A stretch of 64,000 nucleotides of DNA. Source: an uncultured Desulfobacter sp. (GTDB lineage Bacteria > Desulfobacterota > Desulfobacteria > Desulfobacterales > Desulfobacteraceae). The DNA is taken from assembly GCA_963665095.1 (NCBI GenBank), contig OY762069.1, positions 5,792,001 through 5,856,000 of the forward strand, in the 5' to 3' direction. Under the pieces are notes generated by a model. It had not been told where the DNA came from. It made no database searches and saw nothing but the letters and a program-made list of their open reading frames with translations. The number at the start of each line of letters is the position of its first letter. Within the stretch, counting starts at the first letter, position 1. Made by a program: the position numbers and the translations under genes. This document shows, piece after piece, positions 9,968-21,316 of this stretch.

Positions 9968-10369
9968 TTATTGAGGATGGTTTTCCTGCAGCGTTTCAAG
10001 CAAAGCCTTAAACACATCGCAGTTGCGGCATGTTTCCATTTTTTCCTCCCAGGATCCAAAGTTTTTTCCCCTGCATTGCGTGCCGTTGACAAACCAGCAC
10101 ATATCCCCGGAGTGAAATTCGTAGGCCGGACATTGGTTCATCCGGTCCTTTGGGCATTGCATAAGATCCCAACACGGCGTTGCATCTGCCGGGCTGTTCA
10201 TGATACGTGACAGCAGAAAATAGACCTGTCGTTCAACATGGCCCGGGATTTTCCGCCATCCCTGTTCATAGCTGTGGATGGCTTTGATAGAAACGCCTAA
10301 AAGCTGGGCTATCCCTTTTTGTGTCCTGCCAAGGCGGAATCTGACAGATTTGAAATCCTGGCTGGTCAT
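9968..10369 (-). CDS. XRE-type HTH regulator with a Cys-rich two-CW-like domain
   Basis: LGRTQKGIAQLLGVSIKAIHSYEQG HTH; CW..C..CPAY..CW..C..CxxC. Confidence 0.8.
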   Translation of the reverse strand: MTSQDFKSVRFRLGRTQKGIAQLLGVSIKAIHSYEQGWRKIPGHVERQVYFLLSRIMNSPADATPCWDLMQCPKDRMNQCPAYEFHSGDMCWFVNGTQCRGKNFGSWEEKMETCRNCDVFKALLETLQENHPQ

Positions 10370-10464
10370 AGGTCTGAACTCCTTGAAAAGTACGAGTTAT
10401 CCTGCAGGTTATGCCACAATGCGGTGACTGTCAATTTGCAAAAAAAGTTCTGGCAAATTGCATA

Positions 10465-10517
10465 AAAAAGCCCTGAAAAAAACGTCCTGATACTCAGCCT
10501 GTTTTTTCAGGGCTCTT
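10465..10517 (-). terminator. Intrinsic terminator after the DsrE-family gene
   Basis: AAAAAAGCCCTGAAAAAAAC...GTTTTTTCAGGGCT stem. Confidence 0.6.
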
Positions 10518-10582
10518 TGTTCTTGCTGATTCCGGCCGAATTATTTCAGGCGGGACCAGGCGTATGTGAATTATCGGGTGTT

Positions 10583-10933
10583 TTAGAAGTTAAACACCTT
10601 TGCCTCTGCACTCATATCAATGAGATGGGGGCCACCGTCCAGCTGCATGTTGGTAAAGAAACTGGCTTCATCCAGGCCGCGGTTCTTGGCACAGGGGGTG
10701 CAGATGCCAGTGGTGACTTCATTTTCAACAAGATAAGGCAGGTAATCAGCCGGACAGTCGCCTGTATCTGTTTTGATGGAGAGATCTCTGTTTTTATCAG
10801 CCCACATCACACCGCCGTCAATAAAAAACATATCCACATGATGACCTTTGGTATGGGCGATTTTGGCGAACTGAAAGCATCTGGTGGCTGACTCGTTATT
10901 ATCTTTGCTGAGAACAAACAAAAAATTGGCCAT
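10583..10933 (-). CDS. DsrE/DsrF-like protein
   Basis: GHHVDMFFIDGGV, ICTPCAKNRG; typical size. Confidence 0.85.
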   Translation of the reverse strand: MANFLFVLSKDNNESATRCFQFAKIAHTKGHHVDMFFIDGGVMWADKNRDLSIKTDTGDCPADYLPYLVENEVTTGICTPCAKNRGLDEASFFTNMQLDGGPHLIDMSAEAKVFNF

Positions 10934-11050
10934 AATTTTATCTCCTGTATCAAAATGTTAAACGTATTAAAAAAATCCCCTGGATTGCGAAAGGGGGAAC
11001 CAATATTTTCCTACCTCTTTATCAGGCAGATAGATAAAAGTCTAACAAAA

Positions 11051-11962
11051 TCAAGTGTCCATGAGCAGCCATATTCCGGCCACAGCCACCAGGGCGCCGG
11101 TAAATGCCCGCATGGAAACCGACTCCTTGTGGATGTAGATGGAAAAAGGAATAATGCAGACCGGTGTCAGGGACAAAAAGGTGGAGGCCACCCCCGTGGT
11201 CAGGTAGTGAAGCACCAGGAGCGAAAGGGATACCCCGATGAACGGTCCGATCAGGGAACCTGTCGCTGTCATAAGCACGGCTTTTTTGTCCCTTATGCCC
11301 GATGCCACAATCTGCCACCTGCGGGTAAAGGTAAAAAAAAGAAGAAAACAGCCCATGGCGGCAAGGGCGCGGATCTGAGTGGCGCTGAATGCATCAAGAT
11401 ATCCGTTGGCTGTCTGCATGCCTTTTTTGCTCAGCACATAGCCCACGGCCTGACCCAGCATGGCGCCTGTGCCAAAAAGTACGCCCGTCAGATTGGCGGT
11501 CCTGCGGGTTTTGCCCCGGGCCGGAGCCGCTGGTTTTTCCATGATAACCAGGCCTACTCCGGACAGGGTAATAATCATGCCTGTCCACTGAACCGGTGTA
11601 TAGAGTTCGTCCAGGAAAGCCCATCCAATAATGGCTGAAGCAGGTGCTGACAGACTGAAAATAAGTAAAGACAGCCTGGGCCCTAAAGCCACAAGCGCTT
11701 TAAATAAAAATATATCACCTAAAAAAAATCCAATGCATCCGGACAAAGAGAGAAAGACCCAGGCATGCATGGGAAAATCAAGGGGGATCAGCTGGCCGTT
11801 CCGGAAAAGAAGCAGGGCACTGAAAAGAACCAGGGCGCAGCAAATCCGGATGATGTTAACGGAAAGCGCCCCGATTCGCCTGGACGCTGCTTCAAAAAAC
11901 TGAACGCTGACGGTCCAGCAAAGCACTGTGGTCAGTGCGATGAATTCTCCGATAAGGGGCAT
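11051..11962 (-). CDS. DMT/EamA-family transporter
   Basis: 10 TM helices in two EamA-like repeats. Confidence 0.88.
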   Translation of the reverse strand: MPLIGEFIALTTVLCWTVSVQFFEAASRRIGALSVNIIRICCALVLFSALLLFRNGQLIPLDFPMHAWVFLSLSGCIGFFLGDIFLFKALVALGPRLSLLIFSLSAPASAIIGWAFLDELYTPVQWTGMIITLSGVGLVIMEKPAAPARGKTRRTANLTGVLFGTGAMLGQAVGYVLSKKGMQTANGYLDAFSATQIRALAAMGCFLLFFTFTRRWQIVASGIRDKKAVLMTATGSLIGPFIGVSLSLLVLHYLTTGVASTFLSLTPVCIIPFSIYIHKESVSMRAFTGALVAVAGIWLLMDT

Positions 11963-11977
11963 TATTACACTTTAGAT

Positions 11978-12529
11978 TTATTGGTCTTCCAATTCTTTGT
12001 TGATCTGTTCCATCCAATCCGGACTTTTCAACCCGTCAACCTTCATATAGCTTTGATGGTATGGCTTGATGTCGATAATGGGACTGCCGTCCACGGCGTC
12101 CAGCCCCTGAACCGTGAGGATATTTCCATTGCGCTTTTTCAGTGCCACCACCGTTACCAGTACCGGGTTGGGCCGGGCCGGGCTGCAGGTAGCATAAATG
12201 CCCTGCTCAGGCAGGTCTTCCCTTCCCATGGGGTGCACTTTTTTAAGTTGCCTCCGGTCAGGGTCAACCAGATGGGGCCAGTAAAGCACCAGTATGTGGG
12301 AAAATTCCTGGATACCATCCAGCAATTCCTCCCACTGGGTATCAATAATCAGCTCACTGATACCGCCTTCCACTTCTTTGCGGTGTTCTTTGACCTTTTT
12401 CATGCCCATACCAAGGGAAAGCCCGGATTTTTTGGCAGTGAGCATGGGGGATTTGATAGGGCTGCGTACAATGCCCACGGGGTGCAGGATCATCTGGGTT
12501 GGTGACGTGGTCTGCATGGGTTTATTCAT
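11978..12529 (-). CDS. tsaA: tRNA t6A37 N6-methyltransferase TrmO/TsaA family
   Basis: PVGIVRSP, GIYATCSPARPNP, GLDAVDGSPIIDIKPY. Confidence 0.88.
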   Translation of the reverse strand: MNKPMQTTSPTQMILHPVGIVRSPIKSPMLTAKKSGLSLGMGMKKVKEHRKEVEGGISELIIDTQWEELLDGIQEFSHILVLYWPHLVDPDRRQLKKVHPMGREDLPEQGIYATCSPARPNPVLVTVVALKKRNGNILTVQGLDAVDGSPIIDIKPYHQSYMKVDGLKSPDWMEQINKELEDQ

Positions 12530-12835
12530 TTCTCTTTCCTTAAACAAGCTGTCACAGTTTTATTTTATCCGGATGGGCTTGGCAGTATCCGGCTGCTTGT
12601 GTGCATCTCTTCCTCGGGGTTTTTATGTTCCGTTCAGAACTTTTATGTAAACATAGGGCCTTTATAAACGCTTGAAACAGATTTTTGTCAAGGATTTATC
12701 GGGATGAAATTTTGAACGAGCTTCTAAAAATGTTAGGAAAGAGGTTGCATAATTGCCGACATAACCGCCTGCTCCTTTATTGATTCGCTGCAAAGCGGCA
12801 AATTATGTATATCGACAGGTAACTGTCTGATGCAG

Positions 12836-13816
12836 CTATCTGATAATTTGGGCTTTACTCAGTTGTTTGAGTTCAAGGACGACCCCGATATTTCGGCCGA
12901 TTTTCATATTGATGACCAAAGAGGACAGCCTGTTGTTTACGATGCTGATGCTGGAAGGGGATGCGCCGTCAAGGATTCTCAATGCCATTTTGGCTGCCAC
13001 CATTCCCTGTTCTTCCGGCAGTTTGGCCACCGTGTAAAGTACATAATCCGCCATCCATGCATTGTGTGAGCCTGTGGGAATCGTGGTGTTTGCCTGGAAA
13101 AAAGTTTTGGCTTCTTTTTCGTTCCAGTCCGGCAATCCGGCGTTATTTGAAAAATAGAGCTGATCATTTTCTTTCTGAGCTTTGAGAAACAGCTGTTTCA
13201 GTTCGGCAACGCTGCTGGCAAAGTATGATTTCATTTTGCCTTTAAAAAATAGTTTGTTGTAAATCTCTACAATTTTTCGCTCTGTCGGAGCGTCTGCTGA
13301 AATATAACCTATTCTGTCTCCCTTTGCGTATCTTTTTAAAGTATCAACCATCTGTCTTACCAGGTCCACTTCCACCACGCCGGTTACATTACTGTATGGG
13401 TATCCATACACCTTTTCATCCCAGTTGACCCCGCAAAAGACAAAGGGGGTTTCTGCATCTTTATAATAAGGCATAATCAGATACTTGGAGGCATTGTCAT
13501 CCGACGCAATGACCACATCGGGTTTGAGTCTTTCAATAAGCGATTTGGCTCTGAGAGCAGCATCTTTTATATAGTTTTCGTCATTATGTCGCTTGGTGTC
13601 CATGTGAAAGCTTTGAATTTCGGCATTGGTTCCGTGAAGCATCATCCTGATTCCATCGGCAATCCCGTTGCTCCATGCATACCCCTGATGGTAGGAATCC
13701 ACATACAATATGATTTTGCCTGCATAGTTACCCGGGGCTGCCCATGTCCTGCTGCCGTCGGTTATCAGTAGAAATACCAGGGGAAAAAAAGCAAAGATCA
13801 TCAGATGTCTTTTCAT
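12836..13816 (-). CDS. Orphan ABC-type substrate-binding/periplasmic sensor protein
   Basis: Signal peptide; DSYH, MDTKR, SDDNA, PFVFCGVN, EEQG motifs; no permease nearby. Confidence 0.8.
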   Translation of the reverse strand: MKRHLMIFAFFPLVFLLITDGSRTWAAPGNYAGKIILYVDSYHQGYAWSNGIADGIRMMLHGTNAEIQSFHMDTKRHNDENYIKDAALRAKSLIERLKPDVVIASDDNASKYLIMPYYKDAETPFVFCGVNWDEKVYGYPYSNVTGVVEVDLVRQMVDTLKRYAKGDRIGYISADAPTERKIVEIYNKLFFKGKMKSYFASSVAELKQLFLKAQKENDQLYFSNNAGLPDWNEKEAKTFFQANTTIPTGSHNAWMADYVLYTVAKLPEEQGMVAAKMALRILDGASPSSISIVNNRLSSLVINMKIGRNIGVVLELKQLSKAQIIR

Positions 13817-14109
13817 TTAACTATCCTCAGTAATAATAAATAATTTAGGAATGCCTGACTGCAGATATAATCTGCCGCTGTTAGGAGACTGGTAACTTTT
13901 AATCAGATACGAAATCTGATTATATGATTCAATTGATAGAGTCTAAAAATTCTGTTGCCGGCAATACCGGATAACGTGCACTATGTAATCTGTCATATCA
14001 TAATGAAATTATTAAATAAAATAAATCTATATTATTTTACAGCATACTTGCGTTAATGCCTGGTTTCTATTTTGTACCAGGTCATTCAAAGAGCCCGGTG
14101 GGGCTTTGC

Positions 14110-15033
14110 TCATTTGGTCAGGCAGGAACAGAAATCGACAAACATATGTCTGCTGTATTTACCGGCAATAACCTCATTTTTTAATACCTGCAAAGAGTGA
14201 AACGGCTTCTGGGGCTCGGCAAAACTGCTGGTTCCCCGGTAGGTCAAGGGTTCATAACTGATAATCAGTCCGATGAGCTGGGCTGCCTCAGAGATGTCGG
14301 TTTTCCCCTTGGGGTAGCCGGAACCGTCCAGCTTTTCATGATGTTCCAGAGCGACCATGGCAATTTCCGGTTCAAAGAATGAACTGTTTTTTATGGTCCT
14401 GTATCCCTTGACCGTATGGCTTTGATACGCCTTAAACTGGTCGTCTGTCAGTTTCCCTCCTTTGGTTGTGATCAGCTCGGAAGGCAGCTGGGTGCAGCCA
14501 GTGTCATGAAGTATGGCACTGACGCCAAGCCGGTGCATGTCTGCCTGGGAATATTTATGAAACATACAGAAATGCATGGTTAAAGACAGAATATTGACGG
14601 TATGCTCAACCACCTGATCTGAAAAACTGGACATTTTTGCCAGAGATTCCAGCAGGGATTTGTTTTTGCTGTAACCTTGAAACAGAAGTTCCATGGTCTC
14701 CGGCAGTTTTTGGGCAGATATGGTTAACGGGCCTTCCAACGCTTCCTGAACAATGGAAGATAATGCTTCTCTGGTGGAGACAATCCCTTTGGAGAATATT
14801 GCTTCTTCAAGGTAGGCGTTCATAGTCCGGAAAAGGGCTTCTGATGCCTTTTCCCGGTCTGACTCCCTGATAAAAAGATCTGGAAACTGGTTGCCGTTGA
14901 TTCTGGTGTCTTTAAGATTATCTCCCTCTTTTTTGTAAAGCAGAGGCTCTTTCTCCTTGGAAAAATAATAAAGAGGGAAGCGCTTAAAAAGAGTTACTTG
15001 GGATCTTTTAACAGGTATGTAGTCTTCTTGCAT
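14110..15033 (-). CDS. HD-GYP domain protein
   Basis: LHDTG, HTVKG, HHEKLDGSGYPKG. Confidence 0.88.
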   Translation of the reverse strand: MQEDYIPVKRSQVTLFKRFPLYYFSKEKEPLLYKKEGDNLKDTRINGNQFPDLFIRESDREKASEALFRTMNAYLEEAIFSKGIVSTREALSSIVQEALEGPLTISAQKLPETMELLFQGYSKNKSLLESLAKMSSFSDQVVEHTVNILSLTMHFCMFHKYSQADMHRLGVSAILHDTGCTQLPSELITTKGGKLTDDQFKAYQSHTVKGYRTIKNSSFFEPEIAMVALEHHEKLDGSGYPKGKTDISEAAQLIGLIISYEPLTYRGTSSFAEPQKPFHSLQVLKNEVIAGKYSRHMFVDFCSCLTK

Positions 15034-15273
15034 GGTAAATCATATGCTTGGTTGTAATTGGGCAAATAGTAACAATGTCTATATAATATAGTAAAACCTC
15101 AATTTATAGAAAGTTTTAAATAGCATAATATAGTTTTGTTTTAAATTAGTTTTCTGTTTGGCTGTTGATATATGAATTTTATCAAAATTATCAGAAAGTC
15201 ATTGACGAATTAAAAAGCGTCATTACTTTTTATGAAAAGTTTTAATAAAGTAATGCAATTCAGGAGAAGCATA

Positions 15274-17889
15274 ATGAATTTTGATAAATTGACGGTGAAA
15301 TCCCAGGAATTATTCCAGCATGCCCACAGCCTTGCGGTTGAAAAAGGGCAGCAGGCCATAGAGCCTATTCACTTTTTGGGTGCCATGCTGAAAGATGACC
15401 AGGGGATTACAGTCTCCATTTTTAATAAAATTGGGGTCAGTCCCCAGGCTGCGACAACCGCTGTGACTTCCGCCCTGGATGGTATGGTCAAGGTATCCGG
15501 GGGGCAGCCCTATCTCTCCGAGGCCGGACGGAAAATGCTGGATATAGCCTTTAAAGAGGCCTCAAAGATGAAGGATCAGTATGTCAGTGTTGAACATATA
15601 CTGATCAGTCTGACCCAGGGAAAGGATAAGGCTGGTGAAACTCTGGCCGGACTGGGGGTGACCCGGGACGTGGTCCTTTCCGTGCTCAAGGATATCCGGG
15701 GCAACCAGCGGGTAACAGACCAGCACCCCGAGGACAAATACCAGTCTCTGGAGAAGTTTGGCAAAGACCTGACGGAACTTGCCCGTCAGGGAAAGCTGGA
15801 TCCGGTGATCGGTCGGGATGATGAAATTCGGCGGATCGTACAGGTGCTCTCCCGGAGGCGGAAGAACAACCCTGTACTCATAGGTGAGCCCGGCGTTGGT
15901 AAAACCGCCATTGTAGAGGGGCTGGCCCAGCGAATTGTGGAAGGGGATGTGTCGGATACCCTGAAAAACCGGCGGGTTATTGCCCTGGATATGGGCGCTT
16001 TGCTGGCAGGTGCTAAGTTCCGGGGTGAGTTTGAGGACCGTTTGAAGGCTGTGTTAAAGGAGGTGGAAGCAGCTGAAGGTGAGATTGTCCTGTTCATTGA
16101 TGAGCTTCATACTGTGGTCGGGGCAGGCGCAGCCGAAGGGTCTGTGGATGCCTCCAACATGCTTAAGCCGGCACTGGCCCGGGGCAGCCTGCGCTGTGTG
16201 GGTGCCACCACTCTGGATGAATACCGCAAGTATATAGAAAAAGATGCTGCCCTGGAGAGAAGGTTCCAGCCGGTCATGGCCAAAGAGCCCACCGTGGAGG
16301 ATACCATCTCCATCTTAAGGGGGTTGAAGGAAAAATATGAGGTTCACCACGGCATCCGGATCAAGGATTCTGCCCTGGTGGCGGCTGCCACCCTGTCCCA
16401 CCGGTATATTGCCGACCGGTTTCTTCCGGATAAGGCCATTGACCTGATTGATGAATGTGCCTCACGGCTGAGAATTGAAATTGACTCCATGCCCCGGGCC
16501 ATTGATGAAATTCAGCGTCGGCTCACCCAGGCGGCCATTGAGCGCCAGGCCCTGATCAAGGAGAAGGACAAAGCTTCCAGGGAACGCCTGGAACATCTGG
16601 AGAAAAATATTGCAGCCATGGAAGAAGAGGTCCGGCCTTTGAAGCTGCACTGGGATAATGAAAAGTCCATTATCCGTGAGATCTCAGGCATCAGGGAAGA
16701 CATTGACCGGTTCCAGACTGAAGCCCAGCTCGCGGAACGCGCAGGTGACCTGGAAAAGGTGGCCCAGATTCGCTACGGAACCATCACAGAGTTGAACAAA
16801 CGCCTGGATGAGAAAAAGCACGCCCTGGACACCCTTCAAAAAAACTGCAGGATGCTTAAGGAGGATGTTGAGGAGACTGATGTGGCCGAGGTGGTCTCCT
16901 CCTGGACCGGAATTCCTGTTTCCAAAATGCTTCAGGGTGAACAGGAGAAACTGGTCACCATGGAATCCTATATTGCAAAACAGGTGATCGGGCAAAGGAA
17001 GGCCATTGATGCTGTATCCAATGCGGTGCGGAGGGCACGGTCAGGCCTGCAGCCCGAAGACCGTCCCATTGGTACCTTTATTTTTATGGGGCCCACAGGT
17101 GTGGGCAAAACCGAACTGGCCAAATCCCTGGCCGAGTTCATGTTTGACTCCCAGCAGGCCCTGGTTCGGATAGATATGTCCGAGTACATGGAGAAACATA
17201 GTGTGGCCCGTCTCATTGGTGCCCCTCCCGGATATGTGGGATATGACCAGGGCGGATACCTGACAGAGGCAGTGCGGCGCAGGCCTTACAGCGTGATTCT
17301 GTTTGATGAAATTGAAAAGGCCCATCCGGATGTGTTTAATATTCTGCTTCAGGCCCTGGATGACGGCCGGATGACCGATGGTCATGGCCGGACCGTGGAT
17401 TTCAGGAACACCATTATTATCATGACCTCCAACATCGGATCCAGAATTCTGCTGGAGGCCGGAAACGGGGGACAGGAATCGCCGCAGGCGGTTGAGCAGG
17501 CAGTACAGCAGGCCCTCAAGGCCGCGTTCCGGCCTGAATTTTTAAACCGGATTGATGAGGTAATCACCTTCCATGCCCTGGCGCGTGACCATATCCTGGA
17601 TATAGCCGCCATTCAGATTGCACAGCTTAACCGGCGGCTGGCCCAGAGAAATCTTTCCATCCGCCTGGATGAAGAGGCCATGGCCTTCCTGGGTGAGAAA
17701 GGATATGATCCGGGATTTGGCGCAAGACCGTTGAAACGGGTCATTCAGCAGGAAATTGAAAATCCGCTTTCAATGGCCTTGCTTCAGGGTGAGTATCTGG
17801 AAGGGGAGACGGTTTGTTTCCGTCTGGATAAGGAGAATGGCCGGCTGGTTCCCGGGCATGGTCCTGGAAATCCTGAGATACCCAATTAG
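15274..17889 (+). CDS. clpB: ATP-dependent chaperone ClpB
   Basis: Two AAA+ modules ([16 protein letters not shown]), long M-domain coiled coil, GAPPGYVGY. Confidence 0.98.
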   Translation: MNFDKLTVKSQELFQHAHSLAVEKGQQAIEPIHFLGAMLKDDQGITVSIFNKIGVSPQAATTAVTSALDGMVKVSGGQPYLSEAGRKMLDIAFKEASKMKDQYVSVEHILISLTQGKDKAGETLAGLGVTRDVVLSVLKDIRGNQRVTDQHPEDKYQSLEKFGKDLTELARQGKLDPVIGRDDEIRRIVQVLSRRRKNNPVLIGEPGVGKTAIVEGLAQRIVEGDVSDTLKNRRVIALDMGALLAGAKFRGEFEDRLKAVLKEVEAAEGEIVLFIDELHTVVGAGAAEGSVDASNMLKPALARGSLRCVGATTLDEYRKYIEKDAALERRFQPVMAKEPTVEDTISILRGLKEKYEVHHGIRIKDSALVAAATLSHRYIADRFLPDKAIDLIDECASRLRIEIDSMPRAIDEIQRRLTQAAIERQALIKEKDKASRERLEHLEKNIAAMEEEVRPLKLHWDNEKSIIREISGIREDIDRFQTEAQLAERAGDLEKVAQIRYGTITELNKRLDEKKHALDTLQKNCRMLKEDVEETDVAEVVSSWTGIPVSKMLQGEQEKLVTMESYIAKQVIGQRKAIDAVSNAVRRARSGLQPEDRPIGTFIFMGPTGVGKTELAKSLAEFMFDSQQALVRIDMSEYMEKHSVARLIGAPPGYVGYDQGGYLTEAVRRRPYSVILFDEIEKAHPDVFNILLQALDDGRMTDGHGRTVDFRNTIIIMTSNIGSRILLEAGNGGQESPQAVEQAVQQALKAAFRPEFLNRIDEVITFHALARDHILDIAAIQIAQLNRRLAQRNLSIRLDEEAMAFLGEKGYDPGFGARPLKRVIQQEIENPLSMALLQGEYLEGETVCFRLDKENGRLVPGHGPGNPEIPN

Positions 17890-17913
17890 ACAATTTACCA
17901 GATGTTTTCCGGT

Positions 17914-17978
17914 GTAAAAAAAATCCCGGTGCTGCTGACAGGTTAAAAATTCTGTTCACTCAGCACCGGAATTTTTAC
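17914..17978. terminator. Bidirectional terminator between clpB and the receiver gene
   Basis: GTAAAAAAAATCCCGGTGCTG...CAGCACCGGAATTTTTAC inverted repeat. Confidence 0.65.
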
Positions 17979-18054
17979 TTTGCACTCATCCATCGGGATT
18001 TTCATCCGCCTTAATATTGGGGACAAAAGGCCTGGTTATGGATGAATTGCAGGA

Positions 18055-18411
18055 TTACACGTCGAGGGTCTGTTTAATAATTTCCAACAGTTCGCCCCGG
18101 TCAAAGGGTTTTGAAATGGATGCCACAGCCTTGGGAACAGCATACTGCTGGCCGGCCAGCCCGGAAATGATAATTACCGGAATCTCTTTTAATTCCTTGT
18201 CCTTGCTGAGCTGGCGGTAAAACCGAGGCCCCCATTCCCCGGGCATCTCAATGTCCAGGGTGATCAGGTCCGGGCCCTGATTTTTAGCTATATTCATGCC
18301 TTCTTCAGCATCAGCAGCCACGGCGACTTCATATCCGTTATCTGTCAGCAAAGCGGACAAATAGTTTCTAATGGCAGGGTCATCATCAACAACCAGTATT
18401 TTTTTGTCCAT
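18055..18411 (-). CDS. DVU0259-like single-domain response regulator
   Basis: LITLDIEMPGEWGPRFYR signature. Confidence 0.85.
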   Translation of the reverse strand: MDKKILVVDDDPAIRNYLSALLTDNGYEVAVAADAEEGMNIAKNQGPDLITLDIEMPGEWGPRFYRQLSKDKELKEIPVIIISGLAGQQYAVPKAVASISKPFDRGELLEIIKQTLDV

Positions 18412-18511
18412 ATCAACCTCACAGGATGGTTAAATGCCTGTCTCTTGATTTACCATGGTCAGCCTTGCCTGACAATACTCATTCCATAATTTTGCATCCA
18501 GTCAAGTATCC

Positions 18512-19900
18512 TTAAATTGTATCAGAAAAGGACTTGATTTCTGAGTTCTGGGTTAAATATCGGTAAAGGGTTGCCCGGCCAACACCTAAAACCCGGGCGG
18601 CTTTGGACTTATTACCCCCTGTTTTCACCAGGGCTGCCCGCACATTCTCTTCATTGAGCTTTCCCCGTATATAGGGGGGGGGAGGATCGGAAGGAAGCTG
18701 CGGGGCTTCCGGTACCGGGCGCAGGGATCGGGTGCCTGATGCAAAGGGCAGGTCTGTGGGTAAAATGGTGTTCCCTCTGGACCGGACCACGGAAAACTGA
18801 ATTACGTTTTTTAACTCCCTGACGTTTCCGGGCCAGTGGTGGTCCATCATCCGCCGTAACGTGTCATGTGCTAACTGTGGCACGGGGTTGCCACTCTCCT
18901 GTTCAGCCTCCCGCAGGAAATGCTCAGCCAAAAGCGGAATATCGTTTTTCCTTTCCCGCAACGGCGGCAGATGAATGGGAATTACGTTGAGCCGGTAGTA
19001 AAGATCTTCCCGGAACCTTCCGGTCCGGACCTCCTCAGCCAGATCTTTATTGGTGGCGGAGATGATTCTGACATCCACGCTTACCTTTTTTTCTCCACCC
19101 ACCTTTTCAAAAGACCCTTCCTGGAGAAACCGCAACAGCTTTACTTGTGTTTTCAGGGGCAGTTCCGCCACTTCATCCAGAAACAATGTGCCTTTGTGGG
19201 CCAGTTCAAACCGGCCTTTGCGCTCCTTGACCGCGCCTGAAAACGCCCCTTTAACATGGCCGAACAATTCGCTTTCCACAATCCCTTCCGGGATGGCACC
19301 ACAGTTGACCGGGACAAAACTGCCGTTGCCGTAGGATGAAATATCATGAATGGCACAGGCTACCCGTTCTTTGCCGGTTCCGGTCTCCCCGGATACATGG
19401 ACCGGGTAATTATACAGGGCCACATCCCGGATCTGCCGGAAAATGTCCTGCATGGCTTTATCCTTTCCGATAATACCGGCAAAGTTGGACAGGTCTTCGG
19501 CTTTCAGGGAAAGCCGGATGGAGTCGGTCAAATCCCTGAATGAGGCCACAACCCCGCGAATTTCTCCTTCGTGGTCCTGGATGGGGGAGACGGTCATTTC
19601 AAGATGCCGGGTCTCTCCCTCTTTGGTGACAATGGCCACGGGATACTCCTTGGTGTCAGGGGTCAGTTTGGGAGCGTCTTGGCAGAAAGAGCATTTTGTG
19701 CCGCAAAAAGGGGCTTGAAAGACATCGTGGCAGTCTTTGCCTAAGACCTCTTTTTTGGAATAGCCGGTTATTTTTTCTGCTTCTCTGTTGAACAGCGTTA
19801 TGAGGCGGTCCGTGGTATGGGCCATGACGCCAAGTTTAAGATTGTCCAGCACCAGTAGGAGATTGTGGCGATCAAGCAGAGAGTGTGTAAATTTTTCCAT
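18512..19900 (-). CDS. PAS-domain sigma54-dependent transcriptional activator
   Basis: PAS, GETGTGKE, ESELFGHVKGAFSGA, WPGNVREL, Fis-type HTH. Confidence 0.95.
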   Translation of the reverse strand: MEKFTHSLLDRHNLLLVLDNLKLGVMAHTTDRLITLFNREAEKITGYSKKEVLGKDCHDVFQAPFCGTKCSFCQDAPKLTPDTKEYPVAIVTKEGETRHLEMTVSPIQDHEGEIRGVVASFRDLTDSIRLSLKAEDLSNFAGIIGKDKAMQDIFRQIRDVALYNYPVHVSGETGTGKERVACAIHDISSYGNGSFVPVNCGAIPEGIVESELFGHVKGAFSGAVKERKGRFELAHKGTLFLDEVAELPLKTQVKLLRFLQEGSFEKVGGEKKVSVDVRIISATNKDLAEEVRTGRFREDLYYRLNVIPIHLPPLRERKNDIPLLAEHFLREAEQESGNPVPQLAHDTLRRMMDHHWPGNVRELKNVIQFSVVRSRGNTILPTDLPFASGTRSLRPVPEAPQLPSDPPPPYIRGKLNEENVRAALVKTGGNKSKAARVLGVGRATLYRYLTQNSEIKSFSDTI

Positions 19901-20105
19901 TTTTGATTTTCCGGCAAAAGAATTTTTGTGTGTCCATCTGTCTGTCTTGGGTTTCTAAATGGCACGTTTGTGTATCAGGTGCAATGTTTTTTTGCCTTAA
20001 AAAGATAAAAAATCTAAGTTTTGCGAAATGGCATCGGAAGACCGGGAAAGGGAATCGGGCACGGTATGCGCCTTTGGGAAGGAAAGTATTTAAATGTAAA
20101 AAAGG

Positions 20106-20300
20106 TTACTCCCAGAAAATGCAGTCCTTTGGGCAGTTTTTGACAGCTTCGTGAATATCATCGTCCTCATAGCTGTCTAATGGAAGCACATCTACATATC
20201 CTGCGTCATTGAACTCAAATGCATGAGGAGCCAGATCTATGCAGACCTCGCATAGAATACAGCAGCCTAAATCTATTGCCGGTTTTTGGGGCAGCGTCAT
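20106..20300 (-). CDS. Single-cluster ferredoxin
   Basis: CxxCxxC...CP, 64 aa. Confidence 0.88.
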   Translation of the reverse strand: MTLPQKPAIDLGCCILCEVCIDLAPHAFEFNDAGYVDVLPLDSYEDDDIHEAVKNCPKDCIFWE

Positions 20301-20305
20301 CAGAA

Positions 20306-20530
20306 TTATCCTTTCTTAAGAGACTCCACCCACCATCCTTTTTTCATGTGGGCCTGTTTTTCCTTCTGGGCCAGATCAAGAATTTTGTAGCCGGTATCTA
20401 ACAGGATGCCGTAAAGCACACCGCATCCAGGGTCTTCATGATCCTCATACCCCTTCTGAGCCAGTTCAATCATCTCATTGGCAAGTTTTATAGTGAGCGC
20501 AATGTTGTTGTCACATTTTTTTTTCAGCAT
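20306..20530 (-). CDS. Small conserved hypothetical protein
   Basis: 74 aa, EDPGCGVLYG motif, tightly spaced in an operon. Confidence 0.7.
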   Translation of the reverse strand: MLKKKCDNNIALTIKLANEMIELAQKGYEDHEDPGCGVLYGILLDTGYKILDLAQKEKQAHMKKGWWVESLKKG

Positions 20531-20549
20531 GGCAAGGTCTCTTTAGTTG

Positions 20550-21239
20550 TCAGGCAGATGCCCGTTCAGGGGCTGTGCTGTTTGCCATATCCAATATCCG
20601 GACAGGGGTGAAATCCCAGCCTGTGAAGATTTCAATACAAGCCGTGTCTGTCAGGATGGACTCAGGCAGGTTTGTGTTGTCAAGGGTCTTTGCATTGACC
20701 AGGGCTCTGAGGCTATACCCGCGTTTTACAGGGTCTGCTGAACCTAAATGCGCAAGTACCTGCTGCCGGGTCTCTTCTGTCAGGTCGTGGGGCGCCGTGC
20801 CAAGATAGGTGCCTATACCCCAAAGCACGCCGCGCTGCAGTATTTCATGCTCAATATGATTTCCCCTGTGATCAAGATATGAAAAAAGGATGCTTTTAAA
20901 TTCCCGGGCCAGATCCGGACTTTTACTTAAAATTTCTCCCATGGCCTCAGGAGAGCCCCATCCAATGCCGCCGGATTCATCATTGAGGTTCCACATGATT
21001 CGCCGCAGGATGATTCTGGCTTTTTCCATGGATGTATCGGCAATCCTTGCAACAAGTTCTCCCATGGCCGTGACACTGCGGAACTTGATCAGTTCATCCA
21101 TGTGATAAAAATAGGAGAAAAGATGCCCGGTGAGCTGGGCATCCGGAATCTTTGCCAGCCGTTTCAAGGCGTAACTTGGAACGTCTTCGGCAAGTATCTG
21201 TCCCACTTGTTTTTTTATTTTTCTGCCGTAGGGTTTCAT
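20550..21239 (-). CDS. DVU0298-like HEAT-repeat protein
   Basis: RRIMWNLNDESGGIGWGSPEAMGEI signature. Confidence 0.8.
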   Translation of the reverse strand: MKPYGRKIKKQVGQILAEDVPSYALKRLAKIPDAQLTGHLFSYFYHMDELIKFRSVTAMGELVARIADTSMEKARIILRRIMWNLNDESGGIGWGSPEAMGEILSKSPDLAREFKSILFSYLDHRGNHIEHEILQRGVLWGIGTYLGTAPHDLTEETRQQVLAHLGSADPVKRGYSLRALVNAKTLDNTNLPESILTDTACIEIFTGWDFTPVRILDMANSTAPERASA

Positions 21240-21316
21240 GGTGCCCCCCCCCCTTGTCATGATTGTCCTTCTGTCAGGTTCCTGCTTCTACTCATAGCAA
21301 TACTGATAGTAGTCCC

